Shown in pieces: positions 42,991 to 54,382 of a DNA stretch of 64,000 nt (the first letter of the stretch is position 1; each line of letters opens with the position of its first letter). The position numbers and the translations under genes are program-made. The notes beneath the pieces were generated by a model that ran no database searches, had not been told where the DNA came from, and saw nothing but the letters and a program-made list of their open reading frames with translations. This DNA is from an uncultured delta proteobacterium (GTDB taxonomy: Bacteria; Myxococcota_A; Polyangia; Palsa-1104). The DNA is taken from the NCBI GenBank assembly GCA_963785725.1, contig CAWAWS010000016.1, forward strand, positions 416,001 to 480,000, given 5' to 3'.

Positions 42991-44244
42991 TTACAGCCGA
43001 TGGCGTTTCAAGTATTCGAGCACTTCGTCGAACTGCCCCGTCTCGTTGGCGTAGGTCGCGAAGTTCTTGGCCGTCGAGAACCACTCGACCGTCGTCGGGC
43101 GCGTCTTCTTCTGCGCGGCGCGCAGGTCGGCCGTCGTCACCGCGCGCACGGCGCCGCCGCGCAGCGACTCGGCCAACGCCACCTCGATCGCGCCTTGCAC
43201 GAGGTGATCGAGGTCGGCGCCCGAGCACAGCTCCGTCGCGCGCGCAATCTCGGCCACGTCGACGTCGGGCGCCATCGGCTTGCCGGCCAGCTTCAGCTTC
43301 AAGATCTCGACGCGGGCGCGCAAATCCGGCGGCGGAACGAAGAGCACGTCGCCGAAGCGACCGGGCCGCCGAAACGCCGGATCGACATCCCAGGGCGCGT
43401 TGGTGGCGCCGATGACGAGCACGCCTTCGGACTGCCCGCCGGCGCCGTCGAGCTCCGACAGAAACTGCGTCACCAGCGTGCGATAGGACTCGTGGCGCAA
43501 GCCCGAACGACGCCCGCCGAGCGAGTCGACCTCGTCGAAGAAGAGAATCGCCGGCGCATTGGCGCGCGCCGTCTTGAACAGCTCGTGCAGCTTCTTCTCC
43601 GACTGCCCGAGCCACATGTCGAGCACCTCTTCGATGCCCACCGCGACGAAGTGAATGCCCGCCTCGCCCGCCGTCGCGCGCGCCAAGAACGTCTTGCCAC
43701 AGCCCGGCGGCCCGTACAGTAAGAGGCCGCCGCCGACCTTCTTGCCGAACGCTTGATACAGATCGGGCCGCTTGAGCGGATAGAGCACGCGTAGCCGAAT
43801 CTTCTCCTTCAGCTCGTCGAGCCCGCCGAGATCGGCGAACGTCACCGTCGGCTTCTCGACTTCGCCGGGCGTCGGCGCCGCCGGCGGCTCCTTCGTCTTC
43901 GGCGCGCCATCGGCGACGAGGCGAATGCGCGCCCGCGGGTCGTCCTTGGCGCGGCTGATCTGCTCGCGCAAGGCGACGTCCGCCAGCGCCACGTCGCGCG
44001 CCACGGCCGCGTCATACGCCGCCAGCGCCTCGGCGTGCCGCCCGATCTCGTACAAACAACGCGCCCTTCCCATCGTCGCCGCGGCGTCACCGGGCGCGCG
44101 CGTCAAGATGGCGTCGTGCTCCGCCAGGGCGCGGTCGGCGTCACCGGCGCGCTCGAGCGCCGACGCCAGCTGCCGTCGCAGCGCCACGTTCTCCGGCAGC
44201 GCACGCACGGCTTCCTGCAGACTCTCGATCGAATCGTGGGTCAA
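42991..44244 (-). CDS. TPR-AAA+ ATPase
   Basis: N-terminal TPRs; GPPGCGKT, FFDEVD, ATNAPW, RRPGRF. Confidence 0.92.
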   Translation of the reverse strand: MTHDSIESLQEAVRALPENVALRRQLASALERAGDADRALAEHDAILTRAPGDAAATMGRARCLYEIGRHAEALAAYDAAVARDVALADVALREQISRAKDDPRARIRLVADGAPKTKEPPAAPTPGEVEKPTVTFADLGGLDELKEKIRLRVLYPLKRPDLYQAFGKKVGGGLLLYGPPGCGKTFLARATAGEAGIHFVAVGIEEVLDMWLGQSEKKLHELFKTARANAPAILFFDEVDSLGGRRSGLRHESYRTLVTQFLSELDGAGGQSEGVLVIGATNAPWDVDPAFRRPGRFGDVLFVPPPDLRARVEILKLKLAGKPMAPDVDVAEIARATELCSGADLDHLVQGAIEVALAESLRGGAVRAVTTADLRAAQKKTRPTTVEWFSTAKNFATYANETGQFDEVLEYLKRHRL

Positions 44245-44256
44245 TGGGCGGGCTCC

Positions 44257-45363
44257 TTACGGCTGCTCTTCTTCTACGAGTTGCAGCGCGAGATTCTCGA
44301 TCATGAGGTCGATCTCCTGGTCACGCGCCGGCCGCTGCAGCGTCCCATCGAGCCAGCGGCGCCATAAATCGTCCCACGTCTGGCGGCCTTCGCCGAGGAT
44401 GGCACGCGTGCGCTCGCGCGCCGCGTTCCACGTGCGCTTTTGCGCCCAATAAGCCAACCCCGCGGCGCCGGCGCCGACGGCCAGCGGCACCAGCGCCGCC
44501 GCGCCCAAGCCGCGTAGCGCCGCCGCCGTCGCCACACCGGAGATGGCGGCCTCGCGCGAATATAAGCCGCGCGCCGCCGCCGGCGCCTCCAGCGCCAGCG
44601 CGATCATGGCCCGCTTCGACGCGCGCCCGCGCACGAGCTCGCGCATCAGCTCGCCGAGCAGACCATCCCACGAACGATAACGCGGCTCGCCAGCCTGATT
44701 CAGCAATAAGCCGAGATTGCGTCGCGAACGCTCGCCGCGCGGGTCGAGCCGCAGCGCCTGCCGAAAGCGCGACTTGGCCCGCAGCGGATGCCCCGCCTCC
44801 AAGTCCAAGCAGCCCAGGTTGTTCCAGGCCGCCGAATCGGCCGGGTCGAGCGCCAGCGCCCGTTCGTAGGCCGCACGCGCCTGCGCCTTGTCGCCCGCCG
44901 CCGAGGCCACGAAGCCGAGCGTCACGAAGTTCGCGCCGCGCTCGGGCGACACCTCCGTCGCGCGTAAGGCCAGCGCCAGCGCCTCGGCGTGCGCCTTCAG
45001 CTCCGACTTGAGCTCGGCCAGCGCGCGCAGATACACGGGCTCGTCCGGACAGCGGCGCAGCGCCTCACCGAGCGGCGGCTCGGCCTCGGCCGTGCGTCCC
45101 GACTCGCGCAAGGCGAAGCCGTATAAATAATGCGGGTGCGCATTTTCCGGCTGCGCCGCCAACGCCCGACCCAACGCTTCGAGCGCTTTCGGCAGATCGC
45201 GGCGCCGCAAATGGCACAGCCCCTCGATCTCCAAACCTTCGGGATCGTTCGGGTTAGACGCGAGCGTGCGGCGGATTTCGGCGAGCGCTTCGTCGGCCCG
45301 GCCGAGCTCCAACAGAAGCCGGGCGCGACGCCGCTGAGCGACGAGAAGCTCGAGATCGCGCAC
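44257..45363 (-). CDS. TPR protein with a probable C-terminal membrane segment
   Basis: About 6 TPR units (e.g. AWNNLG); TGcTACACT 6 nt before GTG 45363. Confidence 0.85.
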   Translation of the reverse strand: MRDLELLVAQRRRARLLLELGRADEALAEIRRTLASNPNDPEGLEIEGLCHLRRRDLPKALEALGRALAAQPENAHPHYLYGFALRESGRTAEAEPPLGEALRRCPDEPVYLRALAELKSELKAHAEALALALRATEVSPERGANFVTLGFVASAAGDKAQARAAYERALALDPADSAAWNNLGCLDLEAGHPLRAKSRFRQALRLDPRGERSRRNLGLLLNQAGEPRYRSWDGLLGELMRELVRGRASKRAMIALALEAPAAARGLYSREAAISGVATAAALRGLGAAALVPLAVGAGAAGLAYWAQKRTWNAARERTRAILGEGRQTWDDLWRRWLDGTLQRPARDQEIDLMIENLALQLVEEEQP

Positions 45364-45426
45364 GAAACGAGTGTAGCAAGAATTAGCCACGGCTCTCGCG
45401 AGGTGTTATAAAATTTAGACACCGGA

Positions 45427-45461
45427 AGGCATTTTGATTGCTGCTTTTTGGTGGGTATGCT
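45427..45461 (+). promoter_or_regulatory. Candidate promoter: sigma54-like AGGCATTTTGATTGCT overlapping sigma70-like TTGATT-16-TATGCT
   Basis: AT-rich divergent intergenic region; both motifs visible and cannot be distinguished by eye. Confidence 0.4.
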
Positions 45462-45506
45462 AGGTGCAGCACGTAGCGTTACTCCCGGGCGAGAGAGGCC
45501 ATCCTT

Positions 45507-46355
45507 ATGGAGGACTTCATCTTCGACGATGATGCGGACGAGGTAGGGGCAGAGGTCGAGGCCCATTGCCCGAAGTGCAAGGCTGACACCCAGCATGTCG
45601 TCGTTTCGAAGTACGAGGACGAAATCCGGCGCGTGCAGTGCAATCCCTGCGGCGACGTACATCCCTATCGCAAGCCGCGCGGCGAATCCGATGAGGAGGA
45701 GCCGGCGCCCGCCGTCAAGAAAAAGGCGGTGAAGGCGAAGCCCACCTGGGACCAGGTGATGGCTAAGCATGCGAAGAAACAGCCGAAAGTGTACCAACTC
45801 GGCGAGTTCTTCAAGGAAATGGAGGTCCTCTCGCATCCCAAGTTCGGGGTCGGTTTCGTGACCGAGAACATTGGCGATGACAAGATCGAGGTGACCTTCA
45901 AAGAGGACAAGCGGGTGCTCGTGCACAACCGCAAAGGCCTCTCCTTGCCGTACATGAAGCCGGCAGCGGCTCCCGCGGCGACGACGGCCAAAGCGGCCAA
46001 GCCGGGCAAGGCGGCCAAACCCGACAAGAAGGCAGCGGCCGCTCCGGCGGCGGCGCCTGTCGTCGAGGCGGTCAAGCCGGCCAAGGTCGAAGCCGAGAAG
46101 CCGGCCGACCACAAGAAGGCGGCGGCCAAGGGCAAGCCGGCGCCGGCAGCCAAGGCAGCTCCGGCGAAAGCGGCGCCCGCTCCGGCGAAGTCGGCCAAGC
46201 CGGCTCCGGCAGCGGCCAAGCCGACCAAGGCGGCGGCGAAGCCGATCGCCAAGCCGGCCCCGGCGAAGAAGCCGGCCGCCAAAGCGGCGGCGCGCACGGC
46301 GGTCAAGAAGCCGTCCGCCAAGCCCGCCGCCAAGAAGGTCAAGAAGGGCCGTTAG
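45507..46355 (+). CDS. Zn-ribbon + Tudor-like + histone-H1-like (Lys/Ala/Pro tail) protein
   Basis: CPKC...CNPC; HPKFGVGFV...KIEVTF; about 130-aa K/A/P tail. Confidence 0.8.
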   Translation: MEDFIFDDDADEVGAEVEAHCPKCKADTQHVVVSKYEDEIRRVQCNPCGDVHPYRKPRGESDEEEPAPAVKKKAVKAKPTWDQVMAKHAKKQPKVYQLGEFFKEMEVLSHPKFGVGFVTENIGDDKIEVTFKEDKRVLVHNRKGLSLPYMKPAAAPAATTAKAAKPGKAAKPDKKAAAAPAAAPVVEAVKPAKVEAEKPADHKKAAAKGKPAPAAKAAPAKAAPAPAKSAKPAPAAAKPTKAAAKPIAKPAPAKKPAAKAAARTAVKKPSAKPAAKKVKKGR

Positions 46356-46361
46356 TCGGCC

Positions 46362-47582
46362 TTACGAGACCGCCTTCGGCGCGGCCAGCGCGCCCTCTGC
46401 CATCAGCTGATCCAGTTGCGCGTCGTCCAGGCCGAGCATGTCGGCCAGGACGGCGCGCGTGTGCTCGCCGAGCCGCGGCGGCGGCGTGCGCACGGCGCCC
46501 GGCGTCTCCGACAGCTTGACGGGGACGCCGGTGACGCGAATGTCGCCCGCCGTCGGATGCGCCAGCGGCACGACCATGTCGCGCGCCTTGACCTGCGGGT
46601 GCGCCAGCGCCTCGGCGACGTTCAAGATGGGGCCGCACGGAATGCCGGCGCCGTCGCAGAGCGCGATCCAGGCGGCGACGGTGCGCGCGGCGATGATGGG
46701 CTCGATGATCGCGGCCAATTCGTCGCGACGGCCGACGCGCGCGGCGTTGGTGGCGAAGCGCGCGTCGTCGGCGAGCGCGGCCAGCGGCGCGCCCACGGCT
46801 TTACAGAGCGCGCGCCACTGCGGATCGTTGCCGACGGCGATGTTGACGAAGCCGTCGCTCGCTCGATAGGTCTCGTAAGGCGTAATCGACGGGTGCTGAT
46901 TGCCGCGCCGCGCCGGCACGCCGCCGGTCGCGAAGTGGATGCCGGCGTGATAGGTGAGCAGCGCGATCTGGCCGTCGAGCATGGAGACGTCGACGTGCTG
47001 GCCGCGGCCGGTGCGCTGGCGCGCATGCAAGGCGACGAGGATCCCGGCGACGGCGTACAAGCCCGCGATCATGTCGGCGATGGACGTGCCGACTTTGTAA
47101 GGCGCGCCGTCGGCCGGCCCCGTCAGCGACGCCAGGCCGCCCATGCCTTGAATCGCGAGATCGTAGCCGGGGCGACGGACCCAATCGGGCTCGCCGGTGT
47201 GGCCAAAGCCGGAGATGCTGCAGTAGATGAGCCCCGGGTTGATCTCGCGCAAGGTCGCGTAGTCGAGGCCGAGCTTGGCGAGCGCGCCCGGCCGGAAGTT
47301 CTCGAGCAGCACGTCGCAGCGGCTGGCGAGCTGCAACGCCAACGCGCGGCCGCGCTCGTGCTTGAAGTCGATGGCGACCGACTCTTTGTTGCGATTGATC
47401 GACATGAAGTACGTCGACTCGCCGTTGACGAAGGGCGGGCCGAAGCCGCGCGTGTCGTCGCCGCCGTCGGGATGCTCGAGCTTGATGACGCGCGCGCCAA
47501 AGTCGGCGAGGTACATCGAGCAGTACGGGCCGGACAAGATGCGCGAGAGGTCGAAGACGGTCAGATCGTCGAGCGGGAGCAT
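46362..47582 (-). CDS. CoA-transferase family III (CaiB/BaiF)
   Basis: DLSRILSGPY, NRNKES, ENFRPG, CSISGFG, GTSIAD, PPRLGEHT. Confidence 0.93.
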   Translation of the reverse strand: MLPLDDLTVFDLSRILSGPYCSMYLADFGARVIKLEHPDGGDDTRGFGPPFVNGESTYFMSINRNKESVAIDFKHERGRALALQLASRCDVLLENFRPGALAKLGLDYATLREINPGLIYCSISGFGHTGEPDWVRRPGYDLAIQGMGGLASLTGPADGAPYKVGTSIADMIAGLYAVAGILVALHARQRTGRGQHVDVSMLDGQIALLTYHAGIHFATGGVPARRGNQHPSITPYETYRASDGFVNIAVGNDPQWRALCKAVGAPLAALADDARFATNAARVGRRDELAAIIEPIIAARTVAAWIALCDGAGIPCGPILNVAEALAHPQVKARDMVVPLAHPTAGDIRVTGVPVKLSETPGAVRTPPPRLGEHTRAVLADMLGLDDAQLDQLMAEGALAAPKAVS

Positions 47583-47648
47583 GTCGCTTCGTAACACGCT
47601 CAGCCGCAGCTGTTACGCGGGAATTCGCGTCAAAAAATTGCGTCGCCC

Positions 47649-48611
47649 GTGAGCGCGGCGTTCAATCGAGACATGTCGACCTTGACCGTGCGCTGCTTCG
47701 TTTGCGCTCGCGAGTTCGCGCCGCAGCTCGCGTTCCAAGTGGCGGTGGTCGAGGGCAACCGCCGCTACTTCTGCCATCTCGACTGCCGCAAAGCCGCGCT
47801 CGGCGACGCCGCCTTCGCCGGCAAGCGACGCGCGCGCCGCGTCGCCATCCTCAATCAAAAAGGCGGCACCGGAAAGACGACGACCGCGGTGAACCTGGCC
47901 GCCGGCATCGCGGCGCGCGGCTGGGACACGCTGCTCGTCGACATGGACGCGCAGGGCAACGTCGGCACGTCGCTCGGCATCCGCGGCGAACGCACGCTCT
48001 ATCACGTGCTCGTCGAGAACACGCCGGCCGACGAAGCGGTCGTGCCGGTGCGCGGCCATCTCGACGTCATCTGCTCCGACGCGACCTTGGCGCTGGCCGA
48101 GCAGTCGCTGGCGCGGCTCGACGACGGACGCGATCGGGTGCTCGCCGAGAAGCTGCAGCCGATCATGCGCAGATACGCCTATGTCGTGCTCGACTGCGGG
48201 CCGTCTTTGTCGCTGTTGAATCAGAACGCGCTGCGCTTCGCCGACGAAGTGTTGATCCCGGTGAGCTGCGATTATCTGGCGCTCGTCGGCGTGAAGCAGG
48301 TGTTGCGCACGCTCAAAGACGTCGACCAGCATCTCGGTCACGCCGTGCGCATCTCGGGCGTCGTCCCGACGTTCTTCGACGCGCGGACGCGGCTGGCCAA
48401 AGAGGCGGTCGACGCGCTGCAAGGCCACTTCAAGGAGCGGCTGTACGAGCCGATTCGCCGCTCGACGCGCCTCGCCGAAGCGCCGAGCCATCGCCAGACC
48501 ATCTTCGAATACGCGCCCGATTCGCCTGGCGCCGAGGACTATCGCCGGCTCGTCGCGCGCTATGTCGCCGGCGCCACGCCCGGCGCCACCAGCGCACCGG
48601 AGGCCGCATGA
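47649..48611 (+). CDS. ParA/Soj-family ATPase with N-terminal TRASH/FCS-like Cys domain
   Basis: CFVC...[36 protein letters not shown]. Confidence 0.9.
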   Translation: MSAAFNRDMSTLTVRCFVCAREFAPQLAFQVAVVEGNRRYFCHLDCRKAALGDAAFAGKRRARRVAILNQKGGTGKTTTAVNLAAGIAARGWDTLLVDMDAQGNVGTSLGIRGERTLYHVLVENTPADEAVVPVRGHLDVICSDATLALAEQSLARLDDGRDRVLAEKLQPIMRRYAYVVLDCGPSLSLLNQNALRFADEVLIPVSCDYLALVGVKQVLRTLKDVDQHLGHAVRISGVVPTFFDARTRLAKEAVDALQGHFKERLYEPIRRSTRLAEAPSHRQTIFEYAPDSPGAEDYRRLVARYVAGATPGATSAPEAA

Positions 48612-48910
48612 AGCCGCAGCGTCAAGACAAGCCGTCGCTCGGTGACGATCCGCTCGCGCCCGAGGCGCTCCTCGAGCGCTTCTACAAGCCGGCCGCGGTT
48701 CCCGACAAGGACACGGACGAGCCCGCGAAGAAGGAGAAGCCGACCCATTACAAGGTGGTCTGCATCTCGCTCTACAACGAAGACATCGAGCATTTGGAGA
48801 CGATGGTCGCGGAGCTGAAGCGGCGCGGCCATACGAAAGCCAATAAGTCGCAGCTCATCCGCGCGGCGCTGGCCCAAGTCGACCTGGCGAAGATCCCCAA
48901 GGGCTTCTGA
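48608..48910 (+). CDS. 100-aa protein with a C-terminal ribbon-helix-helix-like domain
   Basis: ATGA overlap with par[10 protein letters not shown] (strand), [14 protein letters not shown] and [10 protein letters not shown] (helices). Confidence 0.7.
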   Translation: MKPQRQDKPSLGDDPLAPEALLERFYKPAAVPDKDTDEPAKKEKPTHYKVVCISLYNEDIEHLETMVAELKRRGHTKANKSQLIRAALAQVDLAKIPKGF

Positions 48911-49051
48911 AACGGTGGGTCGCAACATGCGACTTACGCGCTGCGTAGCCCACCGAAGGTTGTGTTATTGTGGGGGCAGGCGATCCCTGACCGGGGTCCG
49001 CAGTCCCACGTATGGGAGCCGAAAGCCGTAACACATCCGGGACTTTGGTGA

Positions 49052-49067
49052 AGGCATGACGCTTGCT
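49052..49067 (+). promoter_or_regulatory. Putative sigma54 promoter AGGCATGACGCTTGCT
   Basis: GG-N10-GC spacing with TTGCT; 13 nt before ATG 49081. Confidence 0.55.
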
Positions 49068-49080
49068 GACAGACCACCGC

Positions 49081-49585
49081 ATGCGAACTTTCCCTGGCCT
49101 TCACGTTCCTGGTTGCAGGTTGCACGGGCGATCTGGTCGAGCTCGGTCCCAAGACTGGTGGCAGCACTAGTGGTGCGGACATGGCGCAAGCGGCGGCCGC
49201 GGGCGGCGGCGGCACCGGCGGAGGCGGCGACATGAGCGGCGGCGGGAGCACCGGCCCGGTCACCTTCGCGTCGATCCAAGCGGACCTCGACTCGAAAGCG
49301 TGCAGCACCTCGTGCCACAACGCGAATGCCGGCGCGGCGTTGAATGGCGGCTTCATCCTCGTTCCGCACGCGACGTCGGCGGCCGATCTGATGACCAGCT
49401 ACACGGCCGTGCAGAGCGAGATCAACACGACGACCCCGGCGATGTCGCCGCTGCTGCTCAATCCGATCCAATCGCCCACGCTGACGACGCCGCACACGGG
49501 CGGCATGCTCTTCACGGCCGGCACGGCTGATCCGACGTACCAGAAATGGCTCGCCTGGATAACCGCTGGGGCCCCGCAACAATGA
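49081..49585 (+). CDS. Lipoprotein with CX3CH motif, putative c-type cytochrome; probable 1-nt indel near 49090
   Basis: The 49181 frame extends upstream to SLAFTFLVAGC but has no start; ATG 49081 is one base off; CSTSCH, PHTGG, WLAWITAGA. Confidence 0.6.
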
Positions 49586-51372
49586 TCCGATCTCGCGTCG
49601 TGCGTTTGATTCTGGCTTTGGTTTCGATAGCGATTCTGGGAAGCACGGCGCGAGCGGCAACGGTTGAGACGAAAGTCCGCACGATCATGCGCGACAAGCC
49701 GAACGCGGCGGCGCGCATCGTGGATCGGGTGGCGGCGGGCAAGAAGCTGCCCATGCTCGGCATGTCGGGCGACGGCAATTGGGTGCACGTCCGCGCGGGC
49801 GCGCACGAAGGTTGGGTCGCGGCGGCGTCGATCAAGGGCCTGCACGGCAACGCCAACAGCGACGACGGCGCGGGCGAAGAAGAGTCGAACGACAGCGACG
49901 AGCCAGTGCGGCCGCTGGCCAAAAAGCGCGGCGTGCGGCCCGAAGCGTGGGTCTCGAAGTCGCGTTATCACGAGGGCGAAGAGACCAAGCTCATCGTCAG
50001 CGTCAACAAGGCCGAGCTCTACGGCCGTCCGTCGGCGACGGGCGCGGTGCTCGGCATCTTGCGGCGCGGCGAGCAGGTGCAGCTGGTCAAGAAGTCGGTC
50101 GACAAGAAGTGGATCAACGTCGACATCGGCGGTGGCGAGACGGCGTGGATCGAGGCGCGCGCGGTCAAGCCGGGCAAGGTGCAGACGCTGACGCCGCCGC
50201 CGGACGAGTCGGCGCAGGAAGAAGAGGCGCCGCCGCCGACGATTACGCCGGAAGGCGCGAAGAAAAAGGGCAAGCTCGCGAAGACCGAGACGCCGGCGCC
50301 GGACGAGACGCAGGAGCAGCAAGCGCCTGAGCAGGAGACGCCGCCTCCGCCGCCGAAGAAGGTCAAGAAGGCGTCGTCCGAGGACGAGGCGCCGCCGCCC
50401 AAGAAGCGGCGCGGCGACAGCGAGGACGAGACGCCGCCCGGTTTGGCGCCGACGAAGCACAAGGTCGTGCAAGCGTCGCCGCAGAATGACGAGCCGCCGC
50501 CGCCGCCGCGCAAGAAGAAGCACAAGAAGCAGGAAGCCGAGGCCGAAGCGTCGGCGCCGGCGCCGGCGGATGAAACGCCGCCCGCACCCGACTATTGGTC
50601 GGCGCGCGGCAAGGTTTACATCACGCCGTGGGTGCACGGCGGCCTCGCCATCCTGACGCAGCGGTTCACGTCGAACGGCTCGGGCCCGCTCAGCAACTAC
50701 GACGCCAGCACCAACGCGTTCGGCGTGCAGCTCGGCTTCGGCGTCTTCGGCACCCTCGGCAAATACTTCCTCTTCGGCGCCGACGCCAGCTACACGTTCG
50801 CGGGCGCGGCCGCCTTGAAGATCGCGACGACGACGACGCCGGTGACGCTGGCCGTGCAGGCGCACACCATCGACGGCGGCCTGTCGGCGGGTCTGCACTT
50901 TCGGCCGCTCGGCGGCATCAGCTTCCGCTTGCGGCTCGGCGGTCAAATGCAGCTCAACCTCATCGAGCCGTCGAACATCGACAAGCTGCCGTCGGATCGC
51001 ATCATCGGCCTGACGATCGGGGCGGGTATCGCGATTCCCGCGCTCTTCCGCATCGGCATGACGCCGTTCGGCCTGCAGGTCCTCGGCGGCGGCCTCGTGC
51101 CGGCGCAGCGCGCGCAGACGGTCGGGCTCGAGGACGGCAAGAACTCGTCGACGTTCGGCGCCTTCTTCAGCGGCGGCATCAACGTCCAGATCATGCGGCC
51201 GAACGCCGACAACTATCACGGCACGCTCATGCTCGGGCTCGACTACGCCTACGAGTTCGCCGCGACGCACTACACCGGCTTGTCGCCGCGCCTGGCGGCG
51301 CAGAACGTCACCGTCGCCGACCGCGGCTCGGCGCAGCATTTGCTGACGATCGGCCTCGACTTTACCTACTAA
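49582..51372 (+). CDS. Exported protein: two SH3b-like domains, charged/Pro linker, C-terminal beta-barrel-like domain
   Basis: Signal peptide; GNWVHVR...EGWV and KKWINVD...TAWI; amphipathic strands ending LDFTY. Confidence 0.75.
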   Translation: MIRSRVVRLILALVSIAILGSTARAATVETKVRTIMRDKPNAAARIVDRVAAGKKLPMLGMSGDGNWVHVRAGAHEGWVAAASIKGLHGNANSDDGAGEEESNDSDEPVRPLAKKRGVRPEAWVSKSRYHEGEETKLIVSVNKAELYGRPSATGAVLGILRRGEQVQLVKKSVDKKWINVDIGGGETAWIEARAVKPGKVQTLTPPPDESAQEEEAPPPTITPEGAKKKGKLAKTETPAPDETQEQQAPEQETPPPPPKKVKKASSEDEAPPPKKRRGDSEDETPPGLAPTKHKVVQASPQNDEPPPPPRKKKHKKQEAEAEASAPAPADETPPAPDYWSARGKVYITPWVHGGLAILTQRFTSNGSGPLSNYDASTNAFGVQLGFGVFGTLGKYFLFGADASYTFAGAAALKIATTTTPVTLAVQAHTIDGGLSAGLHFRPLGGISFRLRLGGQMQLNLIEPSNIDKLPSDRIIGLTIGAGIAIPALFRIGMTPFGLQVLGGGLVPAQRAQTVGLEDGKNSSTFGAFFSGGINVQIMRPNADNYHGTLMLGLDYAYEFAATHYTGLSPRLAAQNVTVADRGSAQHLLTIGLDFTY

Positions 51373-51404
51373 TTCCGACTAGTTCCCGAGCTGAAGCGCG
51401 TTCG

Positions 51405-51701
51405 TCAGTTGGCGGCGGAGCCGGGCATGCCGGGCTCGGGGCCGTCGATGAGCAGCTCGGCCCGCCGCTCGCGCCAGAGGCGGACGACGGCGTCGTTGAT
51501 GGTGTCGCCGCGCTCGATGATGCCGCGATAGGTGTTGTCGAGCGTCGTGAACTCTTCGTGCTTCTTGGCGAATTCGTCGCCGCCCAGTTTACGGACGAGC
51601 TTGCCCTTCCACTTGCCGTAGGCGCCGACCTCGACCTGCCCGACTTCCTCGGTGAAGCGCGCCACGTAGGCGAGGTAGGCGTCGAAGGCGTCGGCGGGCA
51701 T
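51405..51701 (-). CDS. Hypothetical protein
   Basis: 98 aa, host-like codon usage; TAGCCT 6 nt before the ATG. Confidence 0.7.
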   Translation of the reverse strand: MPADAFDAYLAYVARFTEEVGQVEVGAYGKWKGKLVRKLGGDEFAKKHEEFTTLDNTYRGIIERGDTINDAVVRLWRERRAELLIDGPEPGMPGSAAN

Positions 51702-51718
51702 GAGCTGAGGCTAGGCGC

Positions 51719-52474
51719 TCAGCCACGCACGATCAAGACATAGATGTCGTAGAGCGCGTGCGTATAAACGGCGACGGCGAAGCCGCGCCACTGAAAGATC
51801 GACGCGAAGATGAGGCCGCACAAGATGCGGTAGACGAACGCGCCCGTGCGGTACGGCTCGCCGCCGATGATGTGATGCGCGGCCGAGAACAGCACCGACG
51901 ACACCAGCATCGTGAACACGATCGCGAGCGGGCGACGCAGGCCGAGCACGTTCGACAGGAGCCAGGTGCCGCCGCCGACCATGAGCAGGCGAAACACGAG
52001 CTCCTCGTGCACGCCGGCGCCGAGCGAGAGCACGATCTTGGCGGCGAGAGCTCGACTGCTCCGGCGTCGTCGCGCAGACGATCGCCATCTTGGGATCGAC
52101 GTGCAGCAGGTCGACCATGACGAGACAGATGAGCGAGCCCATCGTCAGCGCGTAGATCGAGCTCTCGAGCAAGACGGGCACGAACAGCCGTGGATCGAAC
52201 TCGTTCTTGCGCCGCATGACGAGCATGAGCACGACGAACGCCGCCGCCAAGCCGAGGTTCAACAGCATGTACGTGCCGCGATTGCCGTGCAGCAGCTGCA
52301 GCATCTGCGACGTGATGAGATCGGCGCCGTTGTAAACCGCAGGCATCAGCAACACGCCGATTTGGTAGGCGAGGAACAGCGGAAAGACCAACAGCAAGCT
52401 GGTCAGCGGATCGGAGCGGCGCAGCACGTTGCGTTTGCGCGAAGTGCCCATTCCCTTCTTCAACGAACGGGCGC

Positions 52475-52478
<4 letters not shown>
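51719..52478 (-). CDS. CPBP (Abi/Rce1-like) intramembrane metalloprotease; frameshift near 52050
   Basis: HEELVFR, FSAAHH, HALYD; N-terminal TM part lies in another frame; GTGA overlap with the kinase stop. Confidence 0.85.
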
Positions 52479-54284
<1,806 letters not shown>

Positions 54285-54382
54285 GGCGCCCGATTATGAC
54301 ATCATTGGCGGACGACGCGAACGCCGCAACGCCTAGAACAGCTCGCGTTTACCGACATTCACCCGTCATCGCGCCCGCGCGG

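Noticed and set aside
48608..48910. Assignment as M. xanthus CdbA
   Set aside because: RHH-like, but the sequence does not match what I recall of CdbA; left unnamed
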